Below, piece by piece: positions 46,988 to 59,895 of a stretch of DNA of 64,000 nt. The DNA comes from Eledone cirrhosa. Its lineage: Eukaryota. Position 1 is the first letter of the stretch; every line of letters begins with the position of its first letter. The translations under genes and the position numbers were made by a program. Location: assembly GCA_964016885.1 (NCBI GenBank), contig OZ024761.1, positions 9,300,001 through 9,364,000 on the forward strand, read 5' to 3'. Under the pieces are notes generated by a model. It saw nothing but the letters and a program-made list of their open reading frames with translations. It was not told the DNA's origin and made no database searches.

Positions 46988-48975
46988 GCAATGGGGAATG
47001 AAGTGTTTTGCTCAAGAACGCAACAGGTAACCCAGCCCAGGAATCGAACCCACGACGGTATAATCGTAAGTCCAACAGCCTTACCACTAGGGCAACGTGA
47101 AATGAAGTCTTTTGCTCAAGAACACAACACGCAACCCAGACCAGAAATCGAACCCACGACGGTATAATCGTAAGTCCAACAGCCTTACCACTAGGGCAAC
47201 GTGAAATGAAGTCTTTTGCTCAAGAACACAACACGCAACCCAGACCAGAAATCGAACCCACGACGGTATAATCGTAAGTCCAACAGCCTTACCACTAGGG
47301 CAACGTGAAATGAAGTCTTTTGCTCAAGAACACAACACGTAACCCAGCCCAGGAATCGAACCCACGACGGTATAATCGTAAGTCCAACAGCCTTACCACT
47401 AGGGCAACGTGAAATGAAGTCTTTTGCTCAAGAACACAACACGCAACCCAGTCCAGAAATTGAACCCACGACGGTATAATCGTAAGTCCAACAGCCTTAC
47501 CACTAGGGCAACGTGAAATGAAGTCTTTTGCTCAAGAACACAACACGTAACCCAGCACAGGAATCGAACCCACGACGGTATAATCGTAAGTCCAACAGCC
47601 TTACCACTAGGGCAACGTGAAATGAAGTCTTTTGCTCAAGAACACAACACGCAACCCAGTCCAGAAATTGAACCCACGACGGTATAATCGTAAGTCCAAC
47701 AGCCTTACCACTAGGGCAACGTGAAATGAAGTCTTTTGCTCAAGAACACAACACGTAACCCAGCCCAGGAATCGAACCCACGACGGTATAATCGTAAGTC
47801 CAACAGCCTTACCACTAGGGCAACGTGAAATGAAGTCTTTTGCTCAAGAACACAACACGCAACCCAGTCCAGAAATTGAACCCACGACGGTATAATCGTA
47901 AGTCCAACAGCCTTACCACTAGGGCAACGTGAAATGAAGTCTTTTGCTCAAGAACACAACACGTAACCCAGCCCAGGAATCGAACCCACGACGGTATAAT
48001 CGTAAGTCCAACAGCCTTACCACTAGGGCAACGTGAAATGAAGTCTTTTGCTCAAGAACACAACACGTAACCCAGCCCAGGAATCGAACCCACGACGGTA
48101 TAATCGTAAGTCCAACAGCCTTACCACTAGGGCAACGTGAAATGAAGTCTTTTGCTCAAGAACACAACACGCAACCCAGTCCAGAAATTGAACCCACGAC
48201 GGTATAATCGTAAGTCCAACAGCCTTACCACTAGGGCAACGTGAAATGAAGTCTTTTGCTCAAGAACACAACACGTAACCCAGCCCAGGAATCGAACCCA
48301 CGACGGTATAATCGTAAGTCCAACAGCCTTACCACTAGGGCAACGTGAAATGAAGTCTTTTGCTCAAGAACACAACACGCAACCCAGTCCAGAAATTGAA
48401 CCCACGACGGTATAATCGTAAGTCCAACAGCCTTACCACTAGGGCAACGTGAAATGAAGTCTTTTGCTCAAGAACACAACACGTAACCCAGCCCAGGAAT
48501 CGAACCCACGACGGTATAATCGTAAGTCCAACAGCCTTACCACTAGGGCAACGTGAAATGAAGTCTTTTGCTCAAGAACACAACACGTAACCCAGCCCAG
48601 GAATCGAACCCACGACGGTATAATCGTAAGTCCAACAGCCTTACCACTAGGGCAACGTGAAATGAAGTCTTTTGCTCAAGAACACAACACGTAACCCAGC
48701 CCAGGAATCGAACCCACGACGGTATAATCGTAAGTCCAACAGCCTTACCACTAGGGCAACGTGAAATGAAGTCTTTTGCTCAAGAACACAACACGTAACC
48801 CAGCCCAGGAATCGAACCCACGACGGTATAATCGTAAGTCCAACAGCCTTACCACTAGGGCAACGTGAAATGAAGTCTTTTGCTCAAGAACACAACACGT
48901 AACCCAGCCCAGGAATCGAACCCACGACGGTATGATTGTACGTCCAAAACCCTAACCACTAATCCATGCGCCTCC
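46988..48975 (-). repeat. 104-bp tandem array (19 units) of a tRNA-like SINE head
   Basis: Exact 104-bp period (47092, 47196, 47300 ... 48860). Flanks continue into the SINE body (46950-46990) and 5' end (48960-48975). Confidence 0.95.
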
Positions 48976-49269
48976 ACATATGTACAAGGAACAGAAAAAA
49001 ATTAATTAGCTCTTATTAATAAAGAAAGACCTGATTACAAAGCTACAGGTAATGGCAAGAAGAGCTTTGGTCTTTGTTTACACGGAGAGAATGCAGAAAT
49101 TTTAATTAAAAAGAAAGACCTCCACAGCGTAGCATTATATAAGACATTTTGAGTGATAATTAATATAGAGAACCAGTTGGAGGTTTATGGTAAACTATGA
49201 GTACAATAATAGTAATTAGTTCGAGGCTACAAAGAATGAAGAACAAAAATCTCTATATATAAATATATA

Positions 49270-49371
49270 CAGGGTGTTCTCCAAAAATGTATACACACTT
49301 TGATCACCTGTACTGGCAATATTTATTAGAATGCTGTTGAAGTGTGTAAACATTTTTTGGGGGACACCCTG
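49270..49371. mobile_element. Tc1/mariner-type MITE
   Basis: About 30-bp TIRs cagggtgttctccaaaaatgtatacacactt / aagtgtgtaaacattttttgggggacaccctg; TA on the left. Confidence 0.75.
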
Positions 49372-49858
49372 TGTGTATATATATTGGTTGAGCAAACGTC
49401 ATTTGGTGCTTGGGATTATTTTTAGTTGCAGGTATTTAGATGATGATGATGATGATGATAATGATTTCTACTTTAGGCACAAGACCAGCAATTTGGGAGG
49501 CGGGGAAAGTCGGTTAAATCGACACCATGCTCTGCAGCATAGTGTTATGGCCATTTACGTTCTGAGTTCAAATCACGCCGAGGTTAACTTTACCTTTCAT
49601 CCTTACGGGGGTCGATAAAATAAAGTACCAGTAATACATATATATTTAAACCAGTACATTACTGGTACTTTATTTTATCGACCCCGTAAGGATGAAAGGC
49701 AAAGTTAATCTCGGCGTGATTTATTTGAACTCAGACCGTAAGGGGTCGTAACTCTATGCTACAAAGCATGGTGCCCGACCCTCTACTGATACTGCCAATG
49801 GTTTCTACTATAGGCAAAAGGCCAACAATTAACGATAAAAAAATTGGTGTTTACCTAC

Positions 49859-49988
49859 CTTCGCAAGTAGAACTGCGTTGGCTGAAAATCCTTTTCAACT
49901 GATCCCTGTTTATATTCATAGCACAAGTAGTTAGACAGAATATCCACGCGACCAACAGATATGACTCGAATCTGATTGTAGTCCTCAT
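49859..49988 (-). CDS. Prohormone-4 / IDLSRF-like neuropeptide precursor, coding exon 1 (signal peptide + N-terminal peptide region)
   Basis: Minus strand reads ttttttctcag|ATG...gaa g|gtaggt. It translates MRTTIRFESYLLVAWIFCLTTCA-MNINRDQLKRIFSQRSSTCE, with a hydrophobic signal peptide and a KR site. 130 bp; the phase 1 end matches the next exon. Confidence 0.8.
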
Positions 49989-50280
49989 CTGAGAAAAAAA
50001 AAATAACAGGAAAAAATTAAACAACAAATATATATAAAAAAAAATTAATTAATTAATTAAATAAATAAATATCATCATCATTGGGCGGTGGATTGGCAGT
50101 ATCGTTAGAGAGTCGGACACCATGCTTTGAAGCATAGAGTTACGTCCCTTTATGATCTGAGTTCAAATCCCGCCGAGGTTAACTTTGCCTTTCATCCTCA
50201 CGGGGTCGATAAAATAAAGTACCAGTAATACACTGGGTATTTGCTGGCCTTGTGCCAAAAGTAGAAACAATTATCACCAT

Positions 50281-50635
50281 CATCATCATTTTACGTCCGC
50301 TTTTCCCTGCTTGCAAGGGTGGGACGGGTCCTATTCAGCACAGCATCTCTCCACTTGTCACGGTCCTTCGTCATCTCCTCCATGAGTTTCAGCAATCTGA
50401 GGAGGTCTGCTCTTACCACATCCGCTCATGTTTTTCGTGGTCTACCCCTACTGCGTCTTCCTTCTACTGGGATTTCTTGACACTTCTTTATCCAGCGGTC
50501 ATCCTCCATGCACCACCACATGTCCATACTATCTCAGCCTTCTCCCCCTCACACCACAACTTATCCCTCTTATACCCAGTTTCTCTCTCAACTCATCTAT
50601 GCTTGGTCGTTCATGCACATTGACATTGCACGTCC
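50281..50635 (-). mobile_element. RTE-clade LINE 3' end
   Basis: Minus frames give RGRPRKT...VVRADL...MTKDRDKWRDAV, followed by a (GAT)n tail. Confidence 0.75.
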
Positions 50636-50698
50636 AATAAATATTATTGTTATACTTGGGGAGGGTCATAATGGTGTAATAATACTGCCAGAAATAAT

Positions 50699-51302
50699 TG
50701 TTTCTACGTTAGGCACAAGGCCAGCAATTACCCAGTGCATTACTGGTACTTTATTTTATCGACCCCGTAAGGATGAAAGGCAAAGTCAACCCCGGCGGGA
50801 TTTGAACTCAGACCGTAAAGGGACGTAACTATGCTGGAAAGCATGGCGTCCGACCCTCTACCGATACTGCCAATCCACCGCCCTAGCATGGTGTCCGACC
50901 CTCTACCGATACTGCCAATCCACCACCCTAACATGGCGTCCGACCCTCCACCGATACTGCCAATCCACCGCCCTAGCATGGTGTCCGACCCTCTACCGAT
51001 ACTGCCAATCCACCACCCTAACATGGCGTCCGACCCTCCACCGATACTGCCAATCCACCGCCCTATTGTCATCAACAATGACAATAATAATAAAGATTTC
51101 TAGTATAGGCACAAGACCAGCAATTTGGGGAGAGGAGAACATTACCCCAGTGTATTACTGGTGCTTTATTTTATCCCCCCCCCTCGTAAGGATGAAAAGG
51201 AAGGCTAACTTCAGTGGGATTTCAACTCAGGACGTAAAGAGCCGCAACTCTATGCTGTAAAGCATGGCGTCCGACCCTCTACATATACTGCCAATCCACC
51301 GC
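50699..51302 (-). mobile_element. SINE-1 dimer with 45-bp head amplified x5, bounded by 11-bp duplication
   Basis: ccagaaataat at 50688-50698 and 51303-51313; the uninterrupted site is seen at about 53070. Confidence 0.8.
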
Positions 51303-51435
51303 CCAGAAATAATAACAGAACACACTCACTGCTTGGTTGGTTTTCGCTTCTGTATCTTTTATATCTCCATAGTTAATTTATTTGGCAATCAACATTTATC
51401 ATTCATTGACTAACGGTTAAAAATACAGATATAAA

Positions 51436-51738
51436 AATACGATATATTAACAAATGGAAACTATATTTATAAAACCATATTTATTTCATTATACATATTT
51501 CAAGGACACCAAGTTAAATTATGGTGGGCTTTCATCAGATAAAATATAATATAGATCAGTTTTATAAATAAATATTGACATACCCTTAAAGAATGCGACC
51601 ATTTCTGTTGGAAGCCCCCGGATAGTTTCCATTTGTTAATATATCGTATTTTTACTCCAATAATTTGTTGAGTGCTTTATATCAGTTATAAAAATATTTG
51701 CTTGTTGTATCCCAACAATTTAAATAGAACTTCTACAG
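51436..51738. mobile_element. Family B hammerhead element with 5' inversion
   Basis: Inverts at ggatagt (about 51620-51626). Confidence 0.75.
51483..51545 (-). ncRNA. Minimal hammerhead (family B)
   Basis: Homologous to 35616-35678; CTGATGA and GAAA are intact. Confidence 0.72.
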
Positions 51739-52679
51739 ATATATATATATATATATATTACTGGTACTTTATTTTATCGACCCCGTAAGGATGAAAGGCT
51801 AAGTTAACCTCGGCAAGATTTGAACTCAGAACGTAAATGGCCATAACACTATGCTGCAGAGCATGGTGTCTGACGCTCTACCGATTATTGCCAATCCACC
51901 TCCAGTTCATAGCAATAATACATCTCTACCAAGTAAATAAACAAAATATTAGTTTATAACAATGATTTGATATATCTCCTCTAATAACTATTTCTAACTG
52001 ATTTCCACGGGAATGCTTTTGCGATCCTGTCCGCAGGGCGCAGCCTCTATACCACCTCATTCTAGGCCCAGAGCACATCACCCTTCTCCGTCCTCCTCCA
52101 CATTCTTCTGTAACACTAGAGCCCTTGCTTTTTCCTTCCTTTCCCCTTCTCATAACCACAAAAGACACTTGAATATTCTATATAACTCTACTTTGTGTAG
52201 TGAGAACCGTTTTTTATTTGCTTCTAAATGTTCAATATTTGAATAAACCCTTTTAAATAGAAGAAGAAGAACAACAAAAAAAAAAACAACCCCTAAAAAA
52301 ACAATTGAATTTTTTTCTGAACGTCATTTGAAGCTGAATACAAAATGTTGGGTTTAATTTCCACGGGGAAAAACTGATATGTTTGTGGAAATTACAGAAC
52401 CGCTAGACCAGATCTTTATACAATATATTGTTTTGTTGGTTGAATTTTTTCCAGTTATATTTGCAAGAGCAAATATAGCGCTGGCTAACTTATTTATTCC
52501 TTGAGTTATATTTACAAGGGGCAACGAATTGCCAGAGTTGTTAGAACGTCGGATAAAATGCTTTACAGTATTCGTTCGTAATCTTCCTACCGAGGTCAAC
52601 TTTGCCTTTCATACTTTCTGGGTCTATAAAAAAAGTACCAGTCTTGTACTGGGAGTAGATTCTTTCTTCTCTCTCTCTC

Positions 52680-52742
<63 letters not shown>

Positions 52743-52744
<2 letters not shown>

Positions 52745-52899
52745 CAAAGGAATTGTGGTAAGGAACCAGATGGATCATAACGCACCAGAGTACTCAATAC
52801 TTAGGGTAGTAGAGTGGGTAATAGGAAAAGACTCAGAACCCCGACGGTTGAGCTCCGGTCGTTTCGACAGCTAGATCCGAACTGTTCGAATCTAGCTGT
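52743..52899 (-). mobile_element. Family A element with short fold-back
   Basis: Tail and one full arm ending gaact, followed by only a 16-bp inverted copy. Confidence 0.8.
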
Positions 52900-52935
52900 G
52901 TATATATATATATATGAGTGTATGTGTGTGTGTAT

Positions 52936-53011
<76 letters not shown>

Positions 53012-53030
53012 ACTATATATATATATATAT

Positions 53031-53676
53031 ATTGTTATACTTGGGGAGGGTCATATTGTTGTAATATTGCCAGAAATAATAACAGAACACACTCACTGTT
53101 TGGTTAGTTTTTGCTTCTGTATCTTTTATATCTCCATAGTTAATTTATCTGTCAATCAATGTTTATCATTGTTTGACCAACGGTTAAAAATACAGACATA
53201 TTTATATATAGTCTGCCAAAGTTCTTTTGTCACACATCTGTGACAACATGAATGGTATTATTATGTTTCCTCCCGTTGTATTGTAATAGTACCACTGATG
53301 GTGTCTCAGAAAATGCAACTGGAGACTTTTTAAGAATATTTATTTATAAATATTGTTATACTTTGGGAGGGTCATGTTGCCAATAAGAAACACACGCACC
53401 AGTTGCTTTCACTTCAATTTATTATAATAAATTTATAAATTTAGGAATTTATAAATTTCTGGTTGGTTGGTTGGTTCCACAACCAGATAGTTGTTTATAT
53501 ATATTGTCAAAGTTCTTTCGTCACACATTCTGTGACCTCTTCAGTGACTGGGCATTCTTATTGACTGGTGCGTGTGTTTCTTATTGGCAACATGACCCTC
53601 CCAAAGTATAACAATATCGGTTTCAACACACGATTTCAGATAAAGAATCTTGCTAAACAAATTCAGAAACGAAATA
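53031..53676 (-). mobile_element. Families D (53031-53310) and C (53351-53676), with inverted terminal duplication
   Basis: Shared terminus atgaccctccc(c)aagtataacaata. 53351-53402 is inverted at 53564-53617. Confidence 0.7.
53506..53548 (-). ncRNA. Minimal hammerhead (family C)
   Basis: Minus: GTCA CTGAAGA G GTCACA-GAATG-TGTGAC GAA AGAACT T TGAC. Confidence 0.75.
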
Positions 53677-53865
53677 TTTATAAATAAATATTCTTAAAAA
53701 GACTCCAGTTGAATTTTCGATTTCTTTTCCTTATACTTCCACCCGTGTAGGACATCACGTTTTTTTTTTATTTAAAAAAACCTCATTTTCTTATATATAT
53801 ATATATATAGGCCTTTTTGAGATTTTCTCGCATGCTACGGATGCTTACCTCACAACAATGTTGCA

Positions 53866-53918
53866 TCTCTATGATGTAGGATTTTTGCATACTGACCAAC
53901 GAAACTGTACAGTCGAGA
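53866..53918 (+). ncRNA. Degenerate hammerhead (5' core damaged)
   Basis: TCTC TATGA ... GAA ACTGTACAGT C GAGA. Palindromic stem III, GUC site and TCTC/GAGA stem I are present; CUGAUGA is incomplete. Confidence 0.4.
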
Positions 53919-54166
53919 CATTGAAGGAAAAATAGTTATATATCTGTGTCTACTATTTCTTCTTACTTTATAATTGTTACATAGCTCTGATATCGAATCA
54001 ATTTAATTATTTCGATTACCTTGTCTCTCAAAATCATAGAGCAACTCTGATTAAGGTCGACAACACACAATCTCACATACTTGTGAAAAAGTATATGTGT
54101 ATATATACATGTGTATGTATGTATGCACATATATGTGTGTACCTCTCATTATTGTATATATATATA

Positions 54167-54358
54167 GGGCGGTGAATTGGCAGTATCGGTAGAGGGTCGG
54201 ACGCCATGCTTTGACGCATAGAGTTACGGCCCTTGCCATTCTGAGTTCAAATTCCGCTGAGGTTAACTTTGCCTTTTCATCCTTACGGGGTCGATAAAAT
54301 AAAGTACCAGTAATGTACTGGGTAATTGTGGCCTTGTGCCAATAGTAGAAACAATTAT
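54167..54358 (+). mobile_element. tRNA-derived SINE family 1, representative full copy (about 30 copies or fragments in window)
   Basis: A box TGGCAGTATCGG and B box GAGTTCAAATTC; core gcctttcatccttacggggtcgataaaataaagtacc (Meta/Sauria-like core, from memory); tail agtagaaacaattatt. Confidence 0.9.
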
Positions 54359-54376
54359 TGTATATATATATATATA

Positions 54377-54409
<33 letters not shown>

Positions 54410-54697
54410 GTATAACTGAACGGTAGTTACCACAATACTGGTTTGTATTTATTTTTCTTGATTTATTCTTAAATTGAGTCTAGCAAACCCTATTGTCTGT
54501 AGTTAGTATTTTTTTCACCTTAGCGTTTCTGGTCCATTACGATTTGAACGCATACCTGTATATGTCTGTGTTCGTTTTTCTTTTTTGTTCAGTTATACTA
54601 TACGGCTCGGAAAAACCTTTTTCCTAGAGGTAATTTTACTGTAATGAGACTATTTTGAGTTTCTAACTCAATACATGCTTTTGATATATATATATAT

Positions 54698-54764
54698 AGT
54701 GCTTTTTATCAGTTAGAAAAATGTTTGCTTGTATCCCAACAATTTAAATATAACTTCTACACAT

Positions 54765-54829
<65 letters not shown>

Positions 54830-55328
54830 AGAAGTTATATTTAAATTGTTGGGATACAACAAGCAAACATTTTTCTAACTGATAAAAAGCACTCAACAAA
54901 TTATTGGAGTAAAAATACGATATATTAACAAATGGAAACTATATTTATAAAGCCATATTTATTTCATTATACATACTTCAAGGACACCAAGTCAAATTAT
55001 GGTGCGCTTTCATCAGATAAAGTATAATATAGATCAGTTTTATAAATAAATATTGACATACCCTTAAAGAATGCGACCATTTATGTTGGAAGCTCCCGGA
55101 TAGTGGGAGCTTCCAACAGAAATGGTCGCATTCTTTAAGGGTATGTCAATATTTATTTATAAAACTGATCTATATTATACTTTATCTGATGAAAGCGCAC
55201 CATAATTTGACTTGGTGTCCTTGAAATATGTATAATGAAATAAATATGGTTATACTTTGGGAGGGTCATGTTGCCAATGTTGAAATAAATATGGTTTTAT
55301 AAATATAGATTCCATTTGTTAATATATC

Positions 55329-55330
<2 letters not shown>
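54698..55330. mobile_element. Family B complex: tail-to-tail ends around (TA)n plus about 150-bp fold-back palindrome
   Basis: 54698-54762 is inverted relative to 54826-54893. Palindrome about 54950-55250, centred on ggatagt at about 55100. Confidence 0.8.
55181..55239 (+). ncRNA. Minimal hammerhead (family B), with mirror copy at 54963-55021 (-)
   Basis: TTTAT CTGATGA AAGCGCACCA...TGGTGTCCTT GAA ATATGTAT A ATGAA. The mirror copy has GAAG instead of GAAA. Confidence 0.75.
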
Positions 55331-55370
<40 letters not shown>

Positions 55371-56154
55371 AAAAAAAGCAGAAGTAAATACTACAAATAT
55401 TATTAGTTTCACGCTTGGTGACAGTGGTGAGCTCAAACGAGGAGTTCCTATAAAATAGGTTGAAGACAATTATAGACGGAAAAAGAGGTTGCCATTTGTA
55501 TGTCTACCTATTCATATGTCTCTCTACCTGTCTATTTATTTCTCTATCTACCTGTATCTCTGTCTGTGTGTCTGTATGTCTCCCAGTCTCTCCAATTACC
55601 ATTGAGTCGTTGTGTTTTGCTCTTATTTCCAGTAAAGTATTATCTTATAACACACACACACACACACACCTACACATACTCACACATATACCCCCTCACA
55701 CACACACACACATACACACACCCTCACACACACACACACTCTCATCTCTCTCTCTTTCCTTCCCACACTTTCATTAAAACTCTATCTTTCCTCCTCAGCC
55801 TCATCTTTCTCCGGCTCCTTCTCCCCCTCCCCTTCTCTCTCCTTTTCCTCCTCTCCTTCTGCTTCTTCTTTACTATTTCTTCTCCCCCCCCCCCCCTCCC
55901 CTCCCTCACTATGCTTTCTATCTCTCCTCTCTATATATCTATCTCTACCCATTGATATATTCCAAGCCTCTTACTCCTATTTCTCTCTCCTACATTAACA
56001 TAACCCTTACCATAATTAATATCTTTACCTCTCACATTCTCACATTCTCGCCCCCTCTCTCTCTCTAGCTATCTATCTGTCTATCTGTCTATCTATCTAT
56101 CTATCTGTCTATCTGTCTATCTGTCTATCTATCTGTCTGTCTGCCTGTCTATCT

Positions 56155-57042
56155 ATATCATGATCAAACCGCCACCCTCCTTCAAAAACGAAGGAGAGGC
56201 GGTTTTCCTTTGTGTGATAGCTATGGCGAAAGAGGTTGTATGGTGGACGAGGTTGAAAGGGCTGAGATCAGACACCTTTCTCTCCAGCCAACAACTGATT
56301 TTTTTTTTCAAATACCACTTTGGAAGAAGAATCAGGATGGAGAGAGAGGTGCTGTACCCCAGCAAGTTTTATGAAAGGTGGGTGAAAGTGGCGAGAATGG
56401 CCCGAGTGAATGGGCCTTCTCTCTATATCAGCCTGTAGGTTGAGGAAAAGGAGGAGGAGAGGAAAGGAGTACAAACTCTTCGTACTCCTGGAGATGAGGG
56501 TTGTACATTTTTTCAGGGGTATGTGTTACCCATATGAACTGTCTCCCCTATTGGGGAAAATAGACTAATTTTTAAATTACATTTGTGATAATATTTTACA
56601 CGTTTTTATTGTATGTAAACTTCCCCCTTTGTAATTGTCCCCTTCTTTTGTGTCCCTGTGGCTAATAAAGAAACATATCTGTCTATCTATCTGTCTGTCT
56701 ATAATATGGCAAAAATGGCCCGAGTGAATGGACCTTCTCTGTATATAAACCTGTGTTTCAGGAAGACAAACAGAGAGAAGACAGGAACACCTACAAAGCG
56801 TGTTCCTGGTGTTGAGGGTTGTTCTATCCACGGGGTGTAAAACAACCCTGCAGTAACCCCCCCCCCCCTGTTGGGGATTTCAATTGTTATTTTATTAATG
56901 TTAAAGTTATATGATTTTTATGTAAAACCCCCGCCGTCACGTCTTGTAATGTCCCATTTTTGTACGCCCCTGTGGCAAATAAAGAAATATATATATATCT
57001 ATCTATCTCTAACTTTCTGTCTGTCTGTCTGTCTGTCTGTCA

Positions 57043-57078
<36 letters not shown>

Positions 57079-57812
57079 CTAACTGTCTGTCTGTCTGTCT
57101 GTCTATCTATATATCTATCTATCTGTCCCAGATGCGTGTGCTACGAGGAAGCCGTTGCACACGCATTAGTACACTGCTCGGGCGTAGCCGATCTGTGGGG
57201 CTATGTCGAACGACTGCTGTCAAGGGTGGGACCGATCCGGTTGACCACCGAGTCTATTGTAACGATCAAGCCGCCTCCCCTCTTCAAAAACGAAGGAGAG
57301 GCGGTGTTTCTGTGCGTAATAGCCATGGCGGAAGAGGTTGTATGGTGGACGCGTCTGAAAGGACTGAGGTCAGGCACCTTTCTCTCTGGCCAACAACTGG
57401 TCCGTTTCTTCCGATATCATTTCGGAAGAAGGATCAGGATGGAGAGAGAGGTGCTGCACCCCAGCCGTTTTTATGAAAGGTGGGTGAAAGTGGCGAGAAT
57501 GGCCCGTGTGAATGGGCCTTCACTCTACATCCATCAGACTGTAGGTGAGAAAGATGAAAGATCAAGGGAACACCCTCTCTCTGTGCTCCTGAGGAGAAGG
57601 GTTACACACTTTTTTCGGGGGTGTGTGCGACCCCCCAAGGCGCCTCCTCCCTATTGAGGATTTTGTTATTCAATTTATTTTTGTTATATTTTATATATTA
57701 TTTTTTTATATTTTGTTATTGCCTCCTCCTTATTGAGGACGCCTTGTTTTGTAAACTCCCCCCATTGTACTTGTCCCCTCTTTGATGCCCTGGTGGCAAA
57801 TAAAAAGAAAGT
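56155..57812 (+). mobile_element. Three head-to-tail Tx1/L1-clade LINE 3' ends in (TCTA/TCTG)n
   Basis: Copies at about 56155-56672, 56705-56987 and 57125-57810. Zinc-knuckle region HALVHC...LW...WWTR; each copy ends ccctgtggc.aataaa(g)aaa. Confidence 0.8.
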
Positions 57813-57989
57813 TATCTATCTCACACTCCTTCCTTCTCTTTCTAACACTGTCATCATCTCTTGCTCATCGCTTTTCTCTACCTTTCACTCTCGCTCACAC
57901 TCACTCCCCCCTCTCTCTCTTATTATCCCCCTCTTTGCCACTTATTCTAACCAACTCTCCCTCACTCAATCTCTCAACTCTTCCTATCT

Positions 57990-58655
57990 CTCTCTATTCG
58001 CCCCTTCTATCTACTGGCTTATCTATTTCTCTCTCTACTCACCCCTCTCTCTCTCTCTGTCTACTCCCCCCTCTCTCTCTCTTCTCTCACCCTTTCCCTA
58101 TCTAAACGTCTCCCCTGTCTCTACTCACCCCCCTCTCTCTGTCTAGTCCCCTCTCTCTCTCTTCTCTCACCCTTTCTCTCTCTAACCGTCTCCTCTCTCT
58201 CTCGTCACACTCTCTCTCTCTGTCTACTCCATTTCTCTCTCTCTTCTCTAACCCTTTCTCTCTCTAACCGTCTCCTCTCTGTCTACTCCCCTCTTTCTCT
58301 CTCATCTCTCACCCTTTCTCTCTCTAAACGACTCCTCTCTCTCTACTCACACCCTCTCTCTCTCTTCTCTAACCGTCTCCTCTCTCATACTCACCCCCTC
58401 TCTCTCTCTGTCTACTCCCCCTCTCCCTCACCCTTTCTCTCTCTAACCGTCTCCTCTCTCTCTACTCACCCTCCTCTCTCTGTCTACTCCCCTCTTTCTC
58501 TCTCTTCTCTCACCCTTTCTTTCTCTAAACGTCTCCTCTCTCTCTACTCACCTCCTCTTTCTTTGTTTACTCCCCTCTTTCTCTCTCTTCTCTCACCCTT
58601 TCTCTCTCTAACCGGCCTCTCTCTCTCTACTCACCCCCTCTCTCTCTATTCAACC
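57990..58655. repeat. CT-rich minisatellite
   Basis: tctactccc...ctctcaccctttctctctctaaccgtctcc units. Confidence 0.85.
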
Positions 58656-59029
58656 CTCAAACTATTTCCCATTGCTCAAAGAATCACCACGAAACGAAAT
58701 TAACGTAAAAACAAAAATACAGCAATAACTATATATATACATATATATATATAACTATATAACTATATATATACATATATATATATAACTATATAACTAT
58801 ATATATACATATATATATATAACTATATAACTATATATATAAATATAAACACAATATGATGTTACCAATGAAATATTAACTTAGAAAAAAAAGAAGACAT
58901 TTATTAAAATTGTAATCGATATGAAGAAGATATTTTGGTTTTGAAAAAAAATTCAAACACACATAAAATCACAGAGACAGACAGACAGACTCACTCACAG
59001 ACAAACATTCACGTACATACACATACATA

Positions 59030-59895
59030 CCCACAGATATATATTCACACACACAAATTCACAGATATATATTCAGACACATAGACTGACAGATACATAT
59101 TCACACACACAGATTAACAGATATATATTCACACACACAAATTCACAGATATATATTCACACACACAGATTCACAGATATATATTCACACACAGATTCAC
59201 AGATATATATTCACACACATATTCACAGATATATATTCACACACACAGATTCACAGATATATATTCACACACACAGATTCACAGATATATATTCACACAC
59301 AGAGACAGACAGATATATATTCACACACAGATTCACAGATATATATTCACACACAGAGACAGACAGATATATATTCACACACAGATTCACAGATATATAT
59401 TCACACACACAGATTCACAGATATATATTCACACACACAGATTCACAGATATATATTCACACACACAGATTCACAGATATATATTCACACACACAGATTC
59501 ACAGATATATATTCACACACAGATTCACAGATATATATTCACACACAGATTCACAGATATATATTCACACACAGATTCACAGATATATATTCACACACAG
59601 AGACAGACAGATATATATTCACACACAGATTAACAGATATATATTCACACACACAGATTCACAGATATATATTCACACACAGATTCACAGATATATATTC
59701 ACACACACAGATTCACAGATATATATTCACACACAGATTCACAGATATATATTCACACACAGATTCACAGATATATATTCACACACAGAGACAGACAGAT
59801 ATATATTCACACACAGATTCACAGATATATATTCACACACAGAGACAGACAGATATATATTCACACACACAGATTCACAGATATATATTCACACA
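59030..59895. repeat. 26-28-bp minisatellite
   Basis: cagatatatattcacacacagattca. Confidence 0.9.

Noticed and set aside
46988-48975. tRNA gene cluster
   Set aside because: Units lack the 5' acceptor strand and continue into SINE body sequence.
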